IMG/VR virus record: IMGVR_UViG_3300014203_000001
Span: 1-64,000 of that record
Source of the DNA: a virus
Taxonomy: Duplodnaviria > Caudoviricetes
DNA length: 64,000 nt
Direction: 5' to 3' (one strand)
Shown here: piece by piece, positions 48,801 to 57,952 of the stretch
Position numbering within the stretch: position 1 is the stretch's first letter
How the letters are laid out: every line of letters begins with the position of its first letter
The notes under the pieces: model-generated
Seen by the model: only the letters and a program-made list of their open reading frames with translations
Databases searched by the model: none
What the model was told of the DNA's origin: nothing
Program-made: the position numbers and the translations under genes

Positions 48801-50090
48801 TTATTTGCCTCCTAATTTAGAATAATTCTCTAATAATTTAGAATACAGTTCTACTGTATCCTTCATCAATAAATCATTTTTGTCCCATTCTCCCATGTGT
48901 TTTAAACTAAGCAATAATTTAGAACGTAAGCTAGACAATACAAATGCTAAATTATCTTCTACATCTTTAATTAGCTTATCCCCTTCCTCATTTTCAAAAG
49001 GAATAGCTTTAGGTTTTACCGCATCGAAGTTATCATTAATAACTTCTAACCCGAATGGAACTTCTCCATTAACTATATCATACCAGTGTACAAGAATCTT
49101 TTTACAAACAGGTCCAGATGTATTTTCTATTTGATCTTTAGCTGTGTCTTGTAAGTATTTCCATTCCTCTTCGGTTAAATATTCTAGCTTTGACTGGCGA
49201 TCTGGGTATAATAGAGAATATACATCTTCCAAGCTATTAGGTTTTGGTTTGATACCGATATTTAATTCAATAGTGTTAATCGCATCGTCTTTTCTATTCT
49301 CTTCTTTTTCAGAAGAGTAAGATGTATCCGCTACCTCCTCAAAACTATCATTAATAACTTCTAAGGAAAAAGGAATAATTCCATCAACTATATTGCACCA
49401 ATAATAAAGTAGTTTTTTATTAACACCATCTGTCACATTTTCTATTCTCTTCTTCGCAGATAATTGTATATTTTTCCATTCCTCTTCGGTTAAATATTTT
49501 AATTTAGTTGTATGAGTCGGGTACAATAGAGAATATACATCGTCTGGATTGTTGGGCTTTACTTTAAAGTTATTACTCATGTCAACACCGAATTTGATAG
49601 CACTAATCGTATCATCTTTTCGATTCTCTTCTTTTTCAGAGGTTTCTTCTTGATCATTATTTTTAACTCTTCGAAAAGTAACAGGCGGAATTACAGGATT
49701 GATAATGGTATCAATCCTGTCAGCTAGAGCTTCAGATGCTTCAGTATATCCCAATGCCTCAATGAAATAGACTACGTTGTATATATCTACTTGGATAAGA
49801 TCGGCTATAAATTTCTTGTCGGTGTGTTTTAATACTATTTTAGAATGATGATCTCCATTATCCACGATTACAATTTCATTATCAGTTATTGATACGAAAT
49901 CATCTTCTTCAATAGCAGTACAACCTTTTGGTCCGAATATATTTATTTTATTAGTCAAGAATTCTGTATTAGTTATATGATAAGAAAACCCATCATTCTC
50001 TATTAAAATAAAGCTTTTAGATAATATCCTTTCAATTTCTTCATTAATTTCTAAAATATTTTGTTCTGATACTAGATATCGTTTGTTCAT
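48801..50090 (-). CDS. Early hypothetical protein with internal tandem domain duplication
   Basis: Two ~105-aa copies of SEKEENRKDD...DVYSLLYP...YLTEEEWK...W..IV.G..PF.LEVIND; start revised to MNKRY behind AAGGAGAG. Confidence 0.8.
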   Translation of the reverse strand: MNKRYLVSEQNILEINEEIERILSKSFILIENDGFSYHITNTEFLTNKINIFGPKGCTAIEEDDFVSITDNEIVIVDNGDHHSKIVLKHTDKKFIADLIQVDIYNVVYFIEALGYTEASEALADRIDTIINPVIPPVTFRRVKNNDQEETSEKEENRKDDTISAIKFGVDMSNNFKVKPNNPDDVYSLLYPTHTTKLKYLTEEEWKNIQLSAKKRIENVTDGVNKKLLYYWCNIVDGIIPFSLEVINDSFEEVADTSYSSEKEENRKDDAINTIELNIGIKPKPNSLEDVYSLLYPDRQSKLEYLTEEEWKYLQDTAKDQIENTSGPVCKKILVHWYDIVNGEVPFGLEVINDNFDAVKPKAIPFENEEGDKLIKDVEDNLAFVLSSLRSKLLLSLKHMGEWDKNDLLMKDTVELYSKLLENYSKLGGK

Positions 50091-50154
50091 CTTTGCATCT
50101 CTCCTTAAAATTAAAATAAAAGGATACGTTACAAAAGCATCCTTTAGGTATAAA

Positions 50155-50439
50155 CTATTCTCTATGAATAGGAGTTCCAAAATCAGATAATAAATCTAAG
50201 AAGTCTTTTAACGATTCGATCCCAGACGAATCTCCAAGTAATACATCAAATGCTAATTTAACTTCAGTATCATTATTTCTAATACGTTCAAATATAAAAT
50301 TCTCATCTACTGTGGCTGTTAGGATAGAGCTATTTGCACATAACTTTTCAAACTCTTCTTTCCGACTCTCATTAACACAAATCCTCACTTTAAAATATGC
50401 TTTACCATTTTCTCCAATATAATTTTTGATAGTTCTCAT
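50155..50439 (-). CDS. Early hypothetical protein
   Basis: 94 aa behind the family-A cassette at 50440-50503. Confidence 0.8.
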   Translation of the reverse strand: MRTIKNYIGENGKAYFKVRICVNESRKEEFEKLCANSSILTATVDENFIFERIRNNDTEVKLAFDVLLGDSSGIESLKDFLDLLSDFGTPIHRE

Positions 50440-50547
50440 TTTACATCTCTCCTTACTATAATTTGCGATGCAATATATTATTGCTCATCTATATAATATA
50501 TAACTATAAAAAATAAAGACTACTCATATGAGTAGCCTTTATTAGAC

Positions 50548-51111
50548 TTATAAATCTTTACATACAAGTTTATATTCTATAGGAACTATACCAGCAACAA
50601 TATTTTTCCAATACCCATATAAAATATGAGTAGGTTTATTAAGTTTTAAATTATTTGCAGCTTCTTCTTTTACGTAATTCCATGTCTCTATATTAATTAA
50701 TTTATTTAAAACACATTTCGGAGATATAAGGTCTTCTGCAATATCGTAATCGATTTTATCAATAATATTTAAAACTTCTTCTTGTAATTCTTTTTCTAAT
50801 ATATTCCCACCATTGCCATTGCCAACAAATGCAATCTGATCTTTTAATGTAAGAAATGCAATTCTAAACCAAGCCTCAGGGCAAGTCTCATCAATATATT
50901 TTAACGCAATATCTTTTACATTCGCTAAAATAATATTCATTATAGGAGCTTGTCCATAATCAGAAGGTTTATCATTCCATCTTCCTACCATTTCATTATG
51001 AGCATAATACTCTGAAGCTAATTTAAATACATCCTCTACTTGATTTGGAAACATTCCCCGATCAGATAGGAATTTCTTTACTTCTTCAGCAATCGTTAAT
51101 TCTTGATTCAT
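50548..51111 (-). CDS. Hypothetical protein with diverged copy of the shared C-terminal domain
   Basis: ...ETWNYVKEEAANNL...YWKNIVAGIVPIEYKL. Confidence 0.8.
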   Translation of the reverse strand: MNQELTIAEEVKKFLSDRGMFPNQVEDVFKLASEYYAHNEMVGRWNDKPSDYGQAPIMNIILANVKDIALKYIDETCPEAWFRIAFLTLKDQIAFVGNGNGGNILEKELQEEVLNIIDKIDYDIAEDLISPKCVLNKLINIETWNYVKEEAANNLKLNKPTHILYGYWKNIVAGIVPIEYKLVCKDL

Positions 51112-51716
51112 TATAATTTTCCTCCCAATTCTTTTAATTTAGCGATACCCTCATCGGTTAGCCATCCAGTTCTTATCGAAACTCCGTATTCCACATAACC
51201 TTTTTTATTCAATTTAATATATTTGGCATATATCACATTTATAGGAAATCCCATATCTGTAAGGATTTCATATGCAAAGGGAGTGTCACGATTAATTCTA
51301 TGAGCATAAATTAATTGTAATATTAGTGTAAGATCAATATCTTTACATTGAAGCTTCCTTTCTTCTTTTATTGGCTCTTGTGAAACTTCTTTGTTTTTAA
51401 TAGGCAATGCAACTTCATACCCTTCTGCGATATCTTTCTCTCTAGATGGTAAATGTTTACGTAGTATTTCTACTTTATTATATATACCACGTTCTATGCT
51501 CTCAATATTTTCACTCAGTATAGAATCTACCGTTATACAATAATCTATAAAAACATCGTTATCGTAGCTCATCTTAATTACGATTATATTATCATAATAT
51601 ACAAACTTCTTATGAGGAGCTACCCCATTAAAGTTATTACCATCCTCCATATAATTTACTATATGGAGGAGTGTTTTTATAATTTCTTCATTCATTTTAT
51701 TACCTCCTAAAATCAT
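51111..51716 (-). CDS. Hypothetical protein (possible C-terminal winged helix)
   Basis: KLNKKGYVEYGVSIRTGWLTDEG. Confidence 0.65.
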   Translation of the reverse strand: MILGGNKMNEEIIKTLLHIVNYMEDGNNFNGVAPHKKFVYYDNIIVIKMSYDNDVFIDYCITVDSILSENIESIERGIYNKVEILRKHLPSREKDIAEGYEVALPIKNKEVSQEPIKEERKLQCKDIDLTLILQLIYAHRINRDTPFAYEILTDMGFPINVIYAKYIKLNKKGYVEYGVSIRTGWLTDEGIAKLKELGGKL

Positions 51717-52150
51717 GCATTCGTTATACTATTCTTATCGACAATTTTATACTCTGTTGAGCCATCCCAATAGGTTATCAGCGCCTTAATCTTACCTTCT
51801 TTTGCTAATTCATCACAATATTGTACGTCTTTGGTGAACTCATCAATTTCAGCTAACCCATATCCGAATAATAATCCTTGTAATGCCTGTCTTAGACGAT
51901 CTCTCTTATTTAAAGTTATAACGAATTCAATTATATCTTTCATGAAATCGTATTTGTATATAAAGATTTCATCAAGCTTATCGTCTAATGGAATTACATA
52001 TAACTTTACCAATCTATACTCTCCTGTCTTTAGGATTCCTTTTTCATAATCCATACAATGGCATGGTTTTACTCCTTTAATTACATTATAGCAAGCTTCT
52101 TCAAATTCAATAGCATGCTCTTCCACACCCAAAGTTCCATCTTCATTCAT
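51713..52150 (-). CDS. Hypothetical protein
   Basis: 145 aa, RBS AGGAGG. Confidence 0.75.
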   Translation of the reverse strand: MNEDGTLGVEEHAIEFEEACYNVIKGVKPCHCMDYEKGILKTGEYRLVKLYVIPLDDKLDEIFIYKYDFMKDIIEFVITLNKRDRLRQALQGLLFGYGLAEIDEFTKDVQYCDELAKEGKIKALITYWDGSTEYKIVDKNSITNA

Positions 52151-52161
52151 TTTATTACCTC

Positions 52162-54171
52162 CTAAAATCCCATTTTTCTTTTATCCATAGATTTGTTCAT
52201 TGTAGATATATCTTCACTTTGAATAGTAGTAATATCTTTAGTCTCCATATCCATATATAGATTATCTTTAGATATTCTAGTTGCTTGTTTCATCATAGCC
52301 TGTTCTACTAAAGTACGAATAAATCTTCCATTACCAAAGTCTTTAGTTCCAATAGCATTTTCGATTTGTTTTCTTGCTGTGGCTAAAGCCTCTTCTGTAA
52401 AGGTGAACTTTTCTTTCTTTGCTGTATGTAATAAGATTTCCATTAGTTCATCCTTAGAATAGTTATCAAATTTAACATGGAATCCTATTCTACTTCTAAT
52501 ACCAGGATTGGTATCCATAAATTGTTCCATCTTATCAGGGTATCCTGCAAAGATAATGATCGTATCGTCTCTGACCTTATCCATTTCTTGCACTAGAGTA
52601 TTGATAGCTTCATCTCCGAATGAACCGCTCTTATCTGCCAGAGAATATGCTTCATCTATAAATAAAATACCTCCCTTTGCAGATCTAATCTTCTTTATAG
52701 TTTTGATAGCGGTGTGCCCAACATACATCCCGACCAAACCATTCCTGCCAGTTTCTATAAATTTTCCAGTCTTTAAAATATCCTCTTGCTTTAAGATAAC
52801 ACCAAGAAGTCTAGCTATGGTAGTTTTAGCTGTTCCTGGATTACCATAAAACACCATATGTCTACAAGGATTGGATGTTGTAATGCCTTTTTCTAGATAA
52901 ACCTTTTGCATCTTGAAATACGATACAATTTGATTGACTGTTTCTTTTATATTAGCTAAACCAATCATATCATTCAACTTCTTCATTGGATCGTAGTTAA
53001 TTGCCTTCTTAACACCTATGTCTATATTAGCATACCCCATTGCAGTAATAAGATGATTAGATTTCCATGAGTAGTATGCTCTATCCAAATCAGATGGAGT
53101 ATATACCGACTCTACTAGTTCTCCTGTAAATGCTCTAAATCCATCTCGTTTTGCTAGCTTATTAAGATATGCTACTCCAATAGTAGATGTAACATTAGTT
53201 GGTATTAATGGAACAAATACCGTATTGTTATCTTTAGCGAAATCCATAACTATATCTTTATCTGAAAGATTTAATAAAGCAATGATAGTCAATACTGAAT
53301 CAGAAAACTCTTTACTCATTTCTATTATTTTATTAATCATGGACTGAGTAATAGATCTTTGTCTTCTAGATAGCATATCGTCGTCTGTTTTTTCGATAGT
53401 ATCTATTTCAAAGACAATAGTATTGCCAATAGCAGTTTCATACATAGATTCTATTGATCTATTATCTGATTCGGAAAGATTATCAACGTGTATTACACAT
53501 GGAGATACAGCTCTATTGTTTTCATATAATTCGTTAATAAGTATATCAGTTAATAGATTTCTATCTTCATATCTAACAAGATAGTTTACTGGATAGCCAT
53601 GAAAAGTTTTATATTTATTCTTTTTAATTCTAGCCAGTTCAGCTTTAAACGAATCCATAAGATCGATATGTAATATATCGTCAATGTCATTTTCATATCT
53701 TGCTCTTATTAAACTTGAAGTTATACACGATCTTCTACTACCACCACGCATGTTTCTAATCAATTGATCTATTTCGTCAGGAATGTCTGCCGATAAATGA
53801 CGCGAATACCTAGCTGTAGCTATATTTGTAAAATAGAATGTTACTGGGCAGATTCCTAGATTATAATGAAACAATGCTCCACATGCATCCATTATTAGAC
53901 TGGTTATTACTTTTTCACTAGATATAACTATATTATCTAGATTCGCTACTACTAAAAGATGTACTTTGTCGTCGAATATATTATCACATATAGGAAGTAT
54001 TACTCTTCCTGATTTGCGATATATCGATTCAGAAAGTGATGAATTGATATCATAAGAAATCTCCTGTGTACGGGTCAAATCAACTGGGGTTGGATTAATA
54101 TTTTTGTACTTTTCTACAAATTTTACCAACTCCTCTGGCTCGAATTTTACTGTAACGTCAAACATTAACAT
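52162..54171 (-). CDS. AAA+ ATPase, CbbX/SpoVK family
   Basis: LNDMIGLANIKE, HMVFYGNPGTAKTT, LVGMYVGHTA, ILFIDEAYSL, IFAGYPDKM...NPGIRSRI, FGNGRFIR; early promoter at 54215-54228. Confidence 0.9.
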   Translation of the reverse strand: MLMFDVTVKFEPEELVKFVEKYKNINPTPVDLTRTQEISYDINSSLSESIYRKSGRVILPICDNIFDDKVHLLVVANLDNIVISSEKVITSLIMDACGALFHYNLGICPVTFYFTNIATARYSRHLSADIPDEIDQLIRNMRGGSRRSCITSSLIRARYENDIDDILHIDLMDSFKAELARIKKNKYKTFHGYPVNYLVRYEDRNLLTDILINELYENNRAVSPCVIHVDNLSESDNRSIESMYETAIGNTIVFEIDTIEKTDDDMLSRRQRSITQSMINKIIEMSKEFSDSVLTIIALLNLSDKDIVMDFAKDNNTVFVPLIPTNVTSTIGVAYLNKLAKRDGFRAFTGELVESVYTPSDLDRAYYSWKSNHLITAMGYANIDIGVKKAINYDPMKKLNDMIGLANIKETVNQIVSYFKMQKVYLEKGITTSNPCRHMVFYGNPGTAKTTIARLLGVILKQEDILKTGKFIETGRNGLVGMYVGHTAIKTIKKIRSAKGGILFIDEAYSLADKSGSFGDEAINTLVQEMDKVRDDTIIIFAGYPDKMEQFMDTNPGIRSRIGFHVKFDNYSKDELMEILLHTAKKEKFTFTEEALATARKQIENAIGTKDFGNGRFIRTLVEQAMMKQATRISKDNLYMDMETKDITTIQSEDISTMNKSMDKRKMGF

Positions 54172-54299
54172 AATTTTCTCTCTCCCTTTTATATATTATT
54201 TACTAGTTCTCATCTATATAATATATAACCAAATGGACAAATGCTCCTCTAGAAAAGACAGTTTATATAAGGGATAGCAAATTGCTATCCCTTATATAT

Positions 54300-54734
54300 T
54301 TATTCACTAAATGCTTCGTCCCATGCAGATTGACAACCATTGATATAGTTCTCTAGAGTATCACCAAAATATCCACCGTCTTTAAGAGCAGCAGCATACT
54401 CTTCTAGAGTAGTAGCTTTATCGATCCCATTCTCAATGTAGTATCCTAGATATTTTCCGAAATAGATAGCATAATCTTCGGGAGATTCAAATGCTTGATA
54501 GTTATCCCCTTCTGGGCTAGTCATATCTTCAGTAAGCCATGAAGGTTGATCTTTAAATTGTTTTAACCCACCAAAGTTATTAGCATTTTCGGCTAGCCAA
54601 CTAGCGAATCCACCAGTCTCATGATAGAATTGACAATACAAATACCGAGGGTCGATATTTGTTAATCCTTTTTCATCAGCAGCCGTTTGAGCTGCTAATT
54701 GTGCTAATGCCCAATATTTCTCATTTACATTCAT
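54300..54734 (-). CDS. Glucosaminidase/lysozyme-like peptidoglycan hydrolase (GH73-like)
   Basis: CQFYHETG...NANNFGGLK...F.SPEDY...LKDGGYF; late promoter at 54751-54762. Confidence 0.75.
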   Translation of the reverse strand: MNVNEKYWALAQLAAQTAADEKGLTNIDPRYLYCQFYHETGGFASWLAENANNFGGLKQFKDQPSWLTEDMTSPEGDNYQAFESPEDYAIYFGKYLGYYIENGIDKATTLEEYAAALKDGGYFGDTLENYINGCQSAWDEAFSE

Positions 54735-54788
54735 TATTATTCACCTTCCTTATAAAAGTGTTAATAATACAAAAAAGAAAGAGGGAGG

Positions 54789-55475
54789 CTATCCCTCTTT
54801 AGATTCTTTTGATTTCTTATCTAGATTAATTATAATATTAGCTAAAGTATCATTGAATTCGCTTCCATTATGCTCAATTATAGCTATTACTGCAGCATAT
54901 CCATTTACAGATAGGTCTGCTCCTAGAGCTATAATATAATCAACGATCTCAGAACTATGCATATAAATAGATGCTTTTACACATAGTTCAAGTAGATATA
55001 ATTTTCTATCAGCAAGGAAATAGTTAAGATCTACTAATCCATTATCCAGAATATATTTCATAGAGAATAAATACTCATCTGATGTGTATCCCATATTATT
55101 CAAAAGATGTGGTAGTTCTTTACCTAAAGAAGTTACACCTCGCTCTTTTAGCAAATAATCAGCTACATCTTTATTGGCATATAGAATAGCATCGTGTAAT
55201 GCGTTTTCATTAGTATAGACTGTTTTATTAAAATGATTAGCAAATTCATAATCTATAAATTTCTTAAAGAATTCTAAAGTGCAATTATTATAAATTATTT
55301 CTCCAATCATTCTAGAATCAGATACAATCTTAATTAACTGTTCGGTCTTATCTAATTGGTCGTTCTCCATTAGATATTCTATTGCCATATTATAATCTGT
55401 GATATTAAATTCTCCTTTTGTCTCTAGTTCTATGTCTTTAACAATTTCATCTGCAGTCGCTAATAAATAATCCAT
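54789..55475 (-). CDS. Degenerate ankyrin-repeat protein
   Basis: ALHDAILYANKDVADYLL and SEIVDYIIALGADLS; family-B early cassette upstream. Confidence 0.6.
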   Translation of the reverse strand: MDYLLATADEIVKDIELETKGEFNITDYNMAIEYLMENDQLDKTEQLIKIVSDSRMIGEIIYNNCTLEFFKKFIDYEFANHFNKTVYTNENALHDAILYANKDVADYLLKERGVTSLGKELPHLLNNMGYTSDEYLFSMKYILDNGLVDLNYFLADRKLYLLELCVKASIYMHSSEIVDYIIALGADLSVNGYAAVIAIIEHNGSEFNDTLANIIINLDKKSKESKEG

Positions 55476-55598
55476 TACGTATCACCTCTTTATAAGATAC
55501 AATATTTTACTATTGCTCACTTATATAATATATAATCAAAAAAGAAAAGGATAGCAATATTGCTATCTCTTATATTTTAGGTCTTAGTTCTGTTTCTA

Positions 55599-55946
55599 TT
55601 ATAATTTATATATGTTTAGTATCTCCAAATCTTTTGCTATATCTACAACTTGTTGTTCTGACAAATTTGTTGTAAATATTATATCTCCCATTAGATATGT
55701 TTCATTATTATCTTGATAGAATTTTAATTCAAAATCATCTTCGATATAAATATTGTTATATAGAAATAGTTTACTTATATGACCAATTCCACCGATTCCA
55801 TTTCCAGGTATAAAATAATTATTTAACTTAACTTCTATACCACCTTCTGTATTAGTAATAATGATAGAATCTCCAGGCATTGTATAGAAGCTCTTCAATA
55901 TCTCATATGTATTATTAAGCTTTACAGTAGCTTTAATTTTTCCCAT
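55599..55946 (-). CDS. Hypothetical protein
   Basis: 115 aa, RBS GGAGG. Confidence 0.75.
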   Translation of the reverse strand: MGKIKATVKLNNTYEILKSFYTMPGDSIIITNTEGGIEVKLNNYFIPGNGIGGIGHISKLFLYNNIYIEDDFELKFYQDNNETYLMGDIIFTTNLSEQQVVDIAKDLEILNIYKL

Positions 55947-55970
55947 CTTTAGTTTCCTCCATTTTGTATA

Positions 55971-56132
55971 TTAACAATATCTTTTTCTGTTCTTAAGATA
56001 CATTAATCCTACAGCTCTCCAATAATTAACTTTCCTACGTTCTCCTCCGCAGCGACCAAAGATGAATAATCCTTTTATATCCATTCTCTCACGATAACTG
56101 CCAATGTGTAATGCGTGTATCTTCTTCATCAT
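55971..56132 (-). CDS. Small basic protein (53 aa; not in ORF track)
   Basis: MMKKIHALHIGSYRERMDIKGLFIFGRCGGERRKVNYWRAVGLMYLKNRKRYC; ATGA overlap; AAGGAG upstream. Confidence 0.55.
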   Translation of the reverse strand: MMKKIHALHIGSYRERMDIKGLFIFGRCGGERRKVNYWRAVGLMYLKNRKRYC

Positions 56133-56323
56133 ATAAGCCACTCCTTATCTTTTCTATCTTTATGTAGTTCTTCATCTATTTTATTTTCGAGCCATTCAGT
56201 CTTTGTTTTTCCTAATTGATCTAGCACAGCTTCGAATTTTTCCATTTTAATTTTATCAATATATACACTAAAATTTTTATTTGTTTCTCTTCTCTTTTTA
56301 AAATAAGATGCTCTACTATTCAT
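56129..56323 (-). CDS. Small DNA-binding protein (ribbon-helix-helix-like)
   Basis: KNFSVYIDKIKMEKFEAVLDQLGKTKTEWLENKIDEEL; start revised to MNSR behind AAGGAG. Confidence 0.6.
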   Translation of the reverse strand: MNSRASYFKKRRETNKNFSVYIDKIKMEKFEAVLDQLGKTKTEWLENKIDEELHKDRKDKEWLI

Positions 56324-56336
56324 TAAATATATCTCC

Positions 56337-56735
56337 TTATACTTTATATATCTGATAAAATCCATAGTTGCGTGCGATGTAATACCCATCTGTAAGATAC
56401 TTCTCTACATTGTCTACTTTCATAGCAGCTGCTATTTTCCATCCTTCTTTTGGAATAACAACTATTTCCATAGTATTATGTCCTAAAGCTTCTCGTATAT
56501 CCTCTGAGTTACTAGACCATAATCCTCCACCACCAGGTCTACGATTAGGATCATTATTCTCGAATCCGAAGTTCGCTATACCATATGAATTTTCGGCATA
56601 ATAATATGTACCATCTTCTACTTTCTTTACTGGTACTGGAGTTGGTATTGTTTCGCTACATGGTAGGTCGCTATGTATATGTAATACATAGTAATTATTA
56701 GGATTCTTACAAATCTCATATTTCATAGTATTCAT
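56337..56735 (-). CDS. Hypothetical early protein
   Basis: 132-aa ORF in an early operon. Confidence 0.75.
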   Translation of the reverse strand: MNTMKYEICKNPNNYYVLHIHSDLPCSETIPTPVPVKKVEDGTYYYAENSYGIANFGFENNDPNRRPGGGGLWSSNSEDIREALGHNTMEIVVIPKEGWKIAAAMKVDNVEKYLTDGYYIARNYGFYQIYKV

Positions 56736-56738
56736 CTC

Positions 56739-57128
56739 CTATATTTCTTTTAAAGCTTGAATGATATGTAATGCTAAAGTCATATAATCTTTTACTTGAC
56801 TTTCAGTTGGTGGGTTGTCGCTGTAATCTTTGATACCTTCTAATGTATCACATCCAGAACAACTACCATATCCAACTTTAACCATCCAATATCTACTAGG
56901 CTGGTATGTATTCTCTGGAATAAGATATAATAAAGTTCCTTGGTAATCGCCATCGTCTATTTCGTGTACTTTAGAACTATCCATCTTTTTATACAGATCT
57001 CCGTATTTCTCTAATATCATAGCGATATTTGTAACTATTTCGGTATAATCGGATGGGTGTTTTTGTTTAAATATAGCTTCCAATTCTTCTTTTCTTTCAT
57101 CCCAAATTTTAACAAATTCATCAATCAT
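56739..57128 (-). CDS. Hypothetical early protein with CxxC motif
   Basis: DGDYQG...YGSCSGCD; behind the family-A cassette at 57129-57193. Confidence 0.75.
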   Translation of the reverse strand: MIDEFVKIWDERKEELEAIFKQKHPSDYTEIVTNIAMILEKYGDLYKKMDSSKVHEIDDGDYQGTLLYLIPENTYQPSRYWMVKVGYGSCSGCDTLEGIKDYSDNPPTESQVKDYMTLALHIIQALKEI

Positions 57129-57221
57129 AATATAATCTCTCCCTTAAAATAATTTAGATGCAATTTCTCATTGCTCATCTATATAATATATAACCAAAAA
57201 ATAATAAAGTAGGCTAATAGC

Positions 57222-57866
57222 TTACTTTATTGGTACTCGTTCGCATATAGGAATAGTCTTACTATTTTTAAATAACACTTCTTCTATAGGAAGACCAACA
57301 TTTAGTCTTTGAGTTATACTACTATGACTAATTCCTAATAGTCTTCCCCATTGAGACGCAGATAATTTCATACCATCATATTCTACCAATACAGTATTTC
57401 TTTTATTAATAGCATGTGATTCTGGATATACCCAGTTACAATTATCTGTGCAATAATCTCCATTTATATCCTTTCTTCCTAAAATCATTGTTTTATCTGG
57501 TCTAGGACCCATATCTTCCATAAAAGTAATAAATGATTCTCTCCATGAATCACTCGTAGCAATTCCTCTTTGCCCATAATATTGATATGAATCATCCTTT
57601 TCTGAATAGCACCTATCAATCATTTTACGCCATATTCCATATTCTCTTGGATATTCATTTGTCAATCCATTAGATGTCTTTTTTACACAGCTGCAGGATG
57701 TAGTCTGCTTTTGAGTTAGATTAAATCCAGATACGATTACAATTGTTTGTTTCTCGCAATTACATTTACACTTCCACATAGCCCTCCCAAATTTATTACT
57801 TCCTGCTCTTTCGATAACAGTTAATTTTCCAAATATAAGTCCAGTTAAGTCATTTCCTCTAGCCAT
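57222..57866 (-). CDS. Free-standing HNH-type endonuclease
   Basis: DLTGLIFGKLTVI...WKCKCNC...W..MIDRCY...YYGQRGI...DMGPRP...KDINGDYCTDNCNW; early-type promoter at 57928-57939. Confidence 0.75.
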   Translation of the reverse strand: MARGNDLTGLIFGKLTVIERAGSNKFGRAMWKCKCNCEKQTIVIVSGFNLTQKQTTSCSCVKKTSNGLTNEYPREYGIWRKMIDRCYSEKDDSYQYYGQRGIATSDSWRESFITFMEDMGPRPDKTMILGRKDINGDYCTDNCNWVYPESHAINKRNTVLVEYDGMKLSASQWGRLLGISHSSITQRLNVGLPIEEVLFKNSKTIPICERVPIK

Positions 57867-57952
57867 AAAATTCCCTCCGATACAAAAATCAAGAGAGGGA
57901 ATATTCCCTCTCTTATATACTCATTACTATAATATATATTCATAAATGAATT

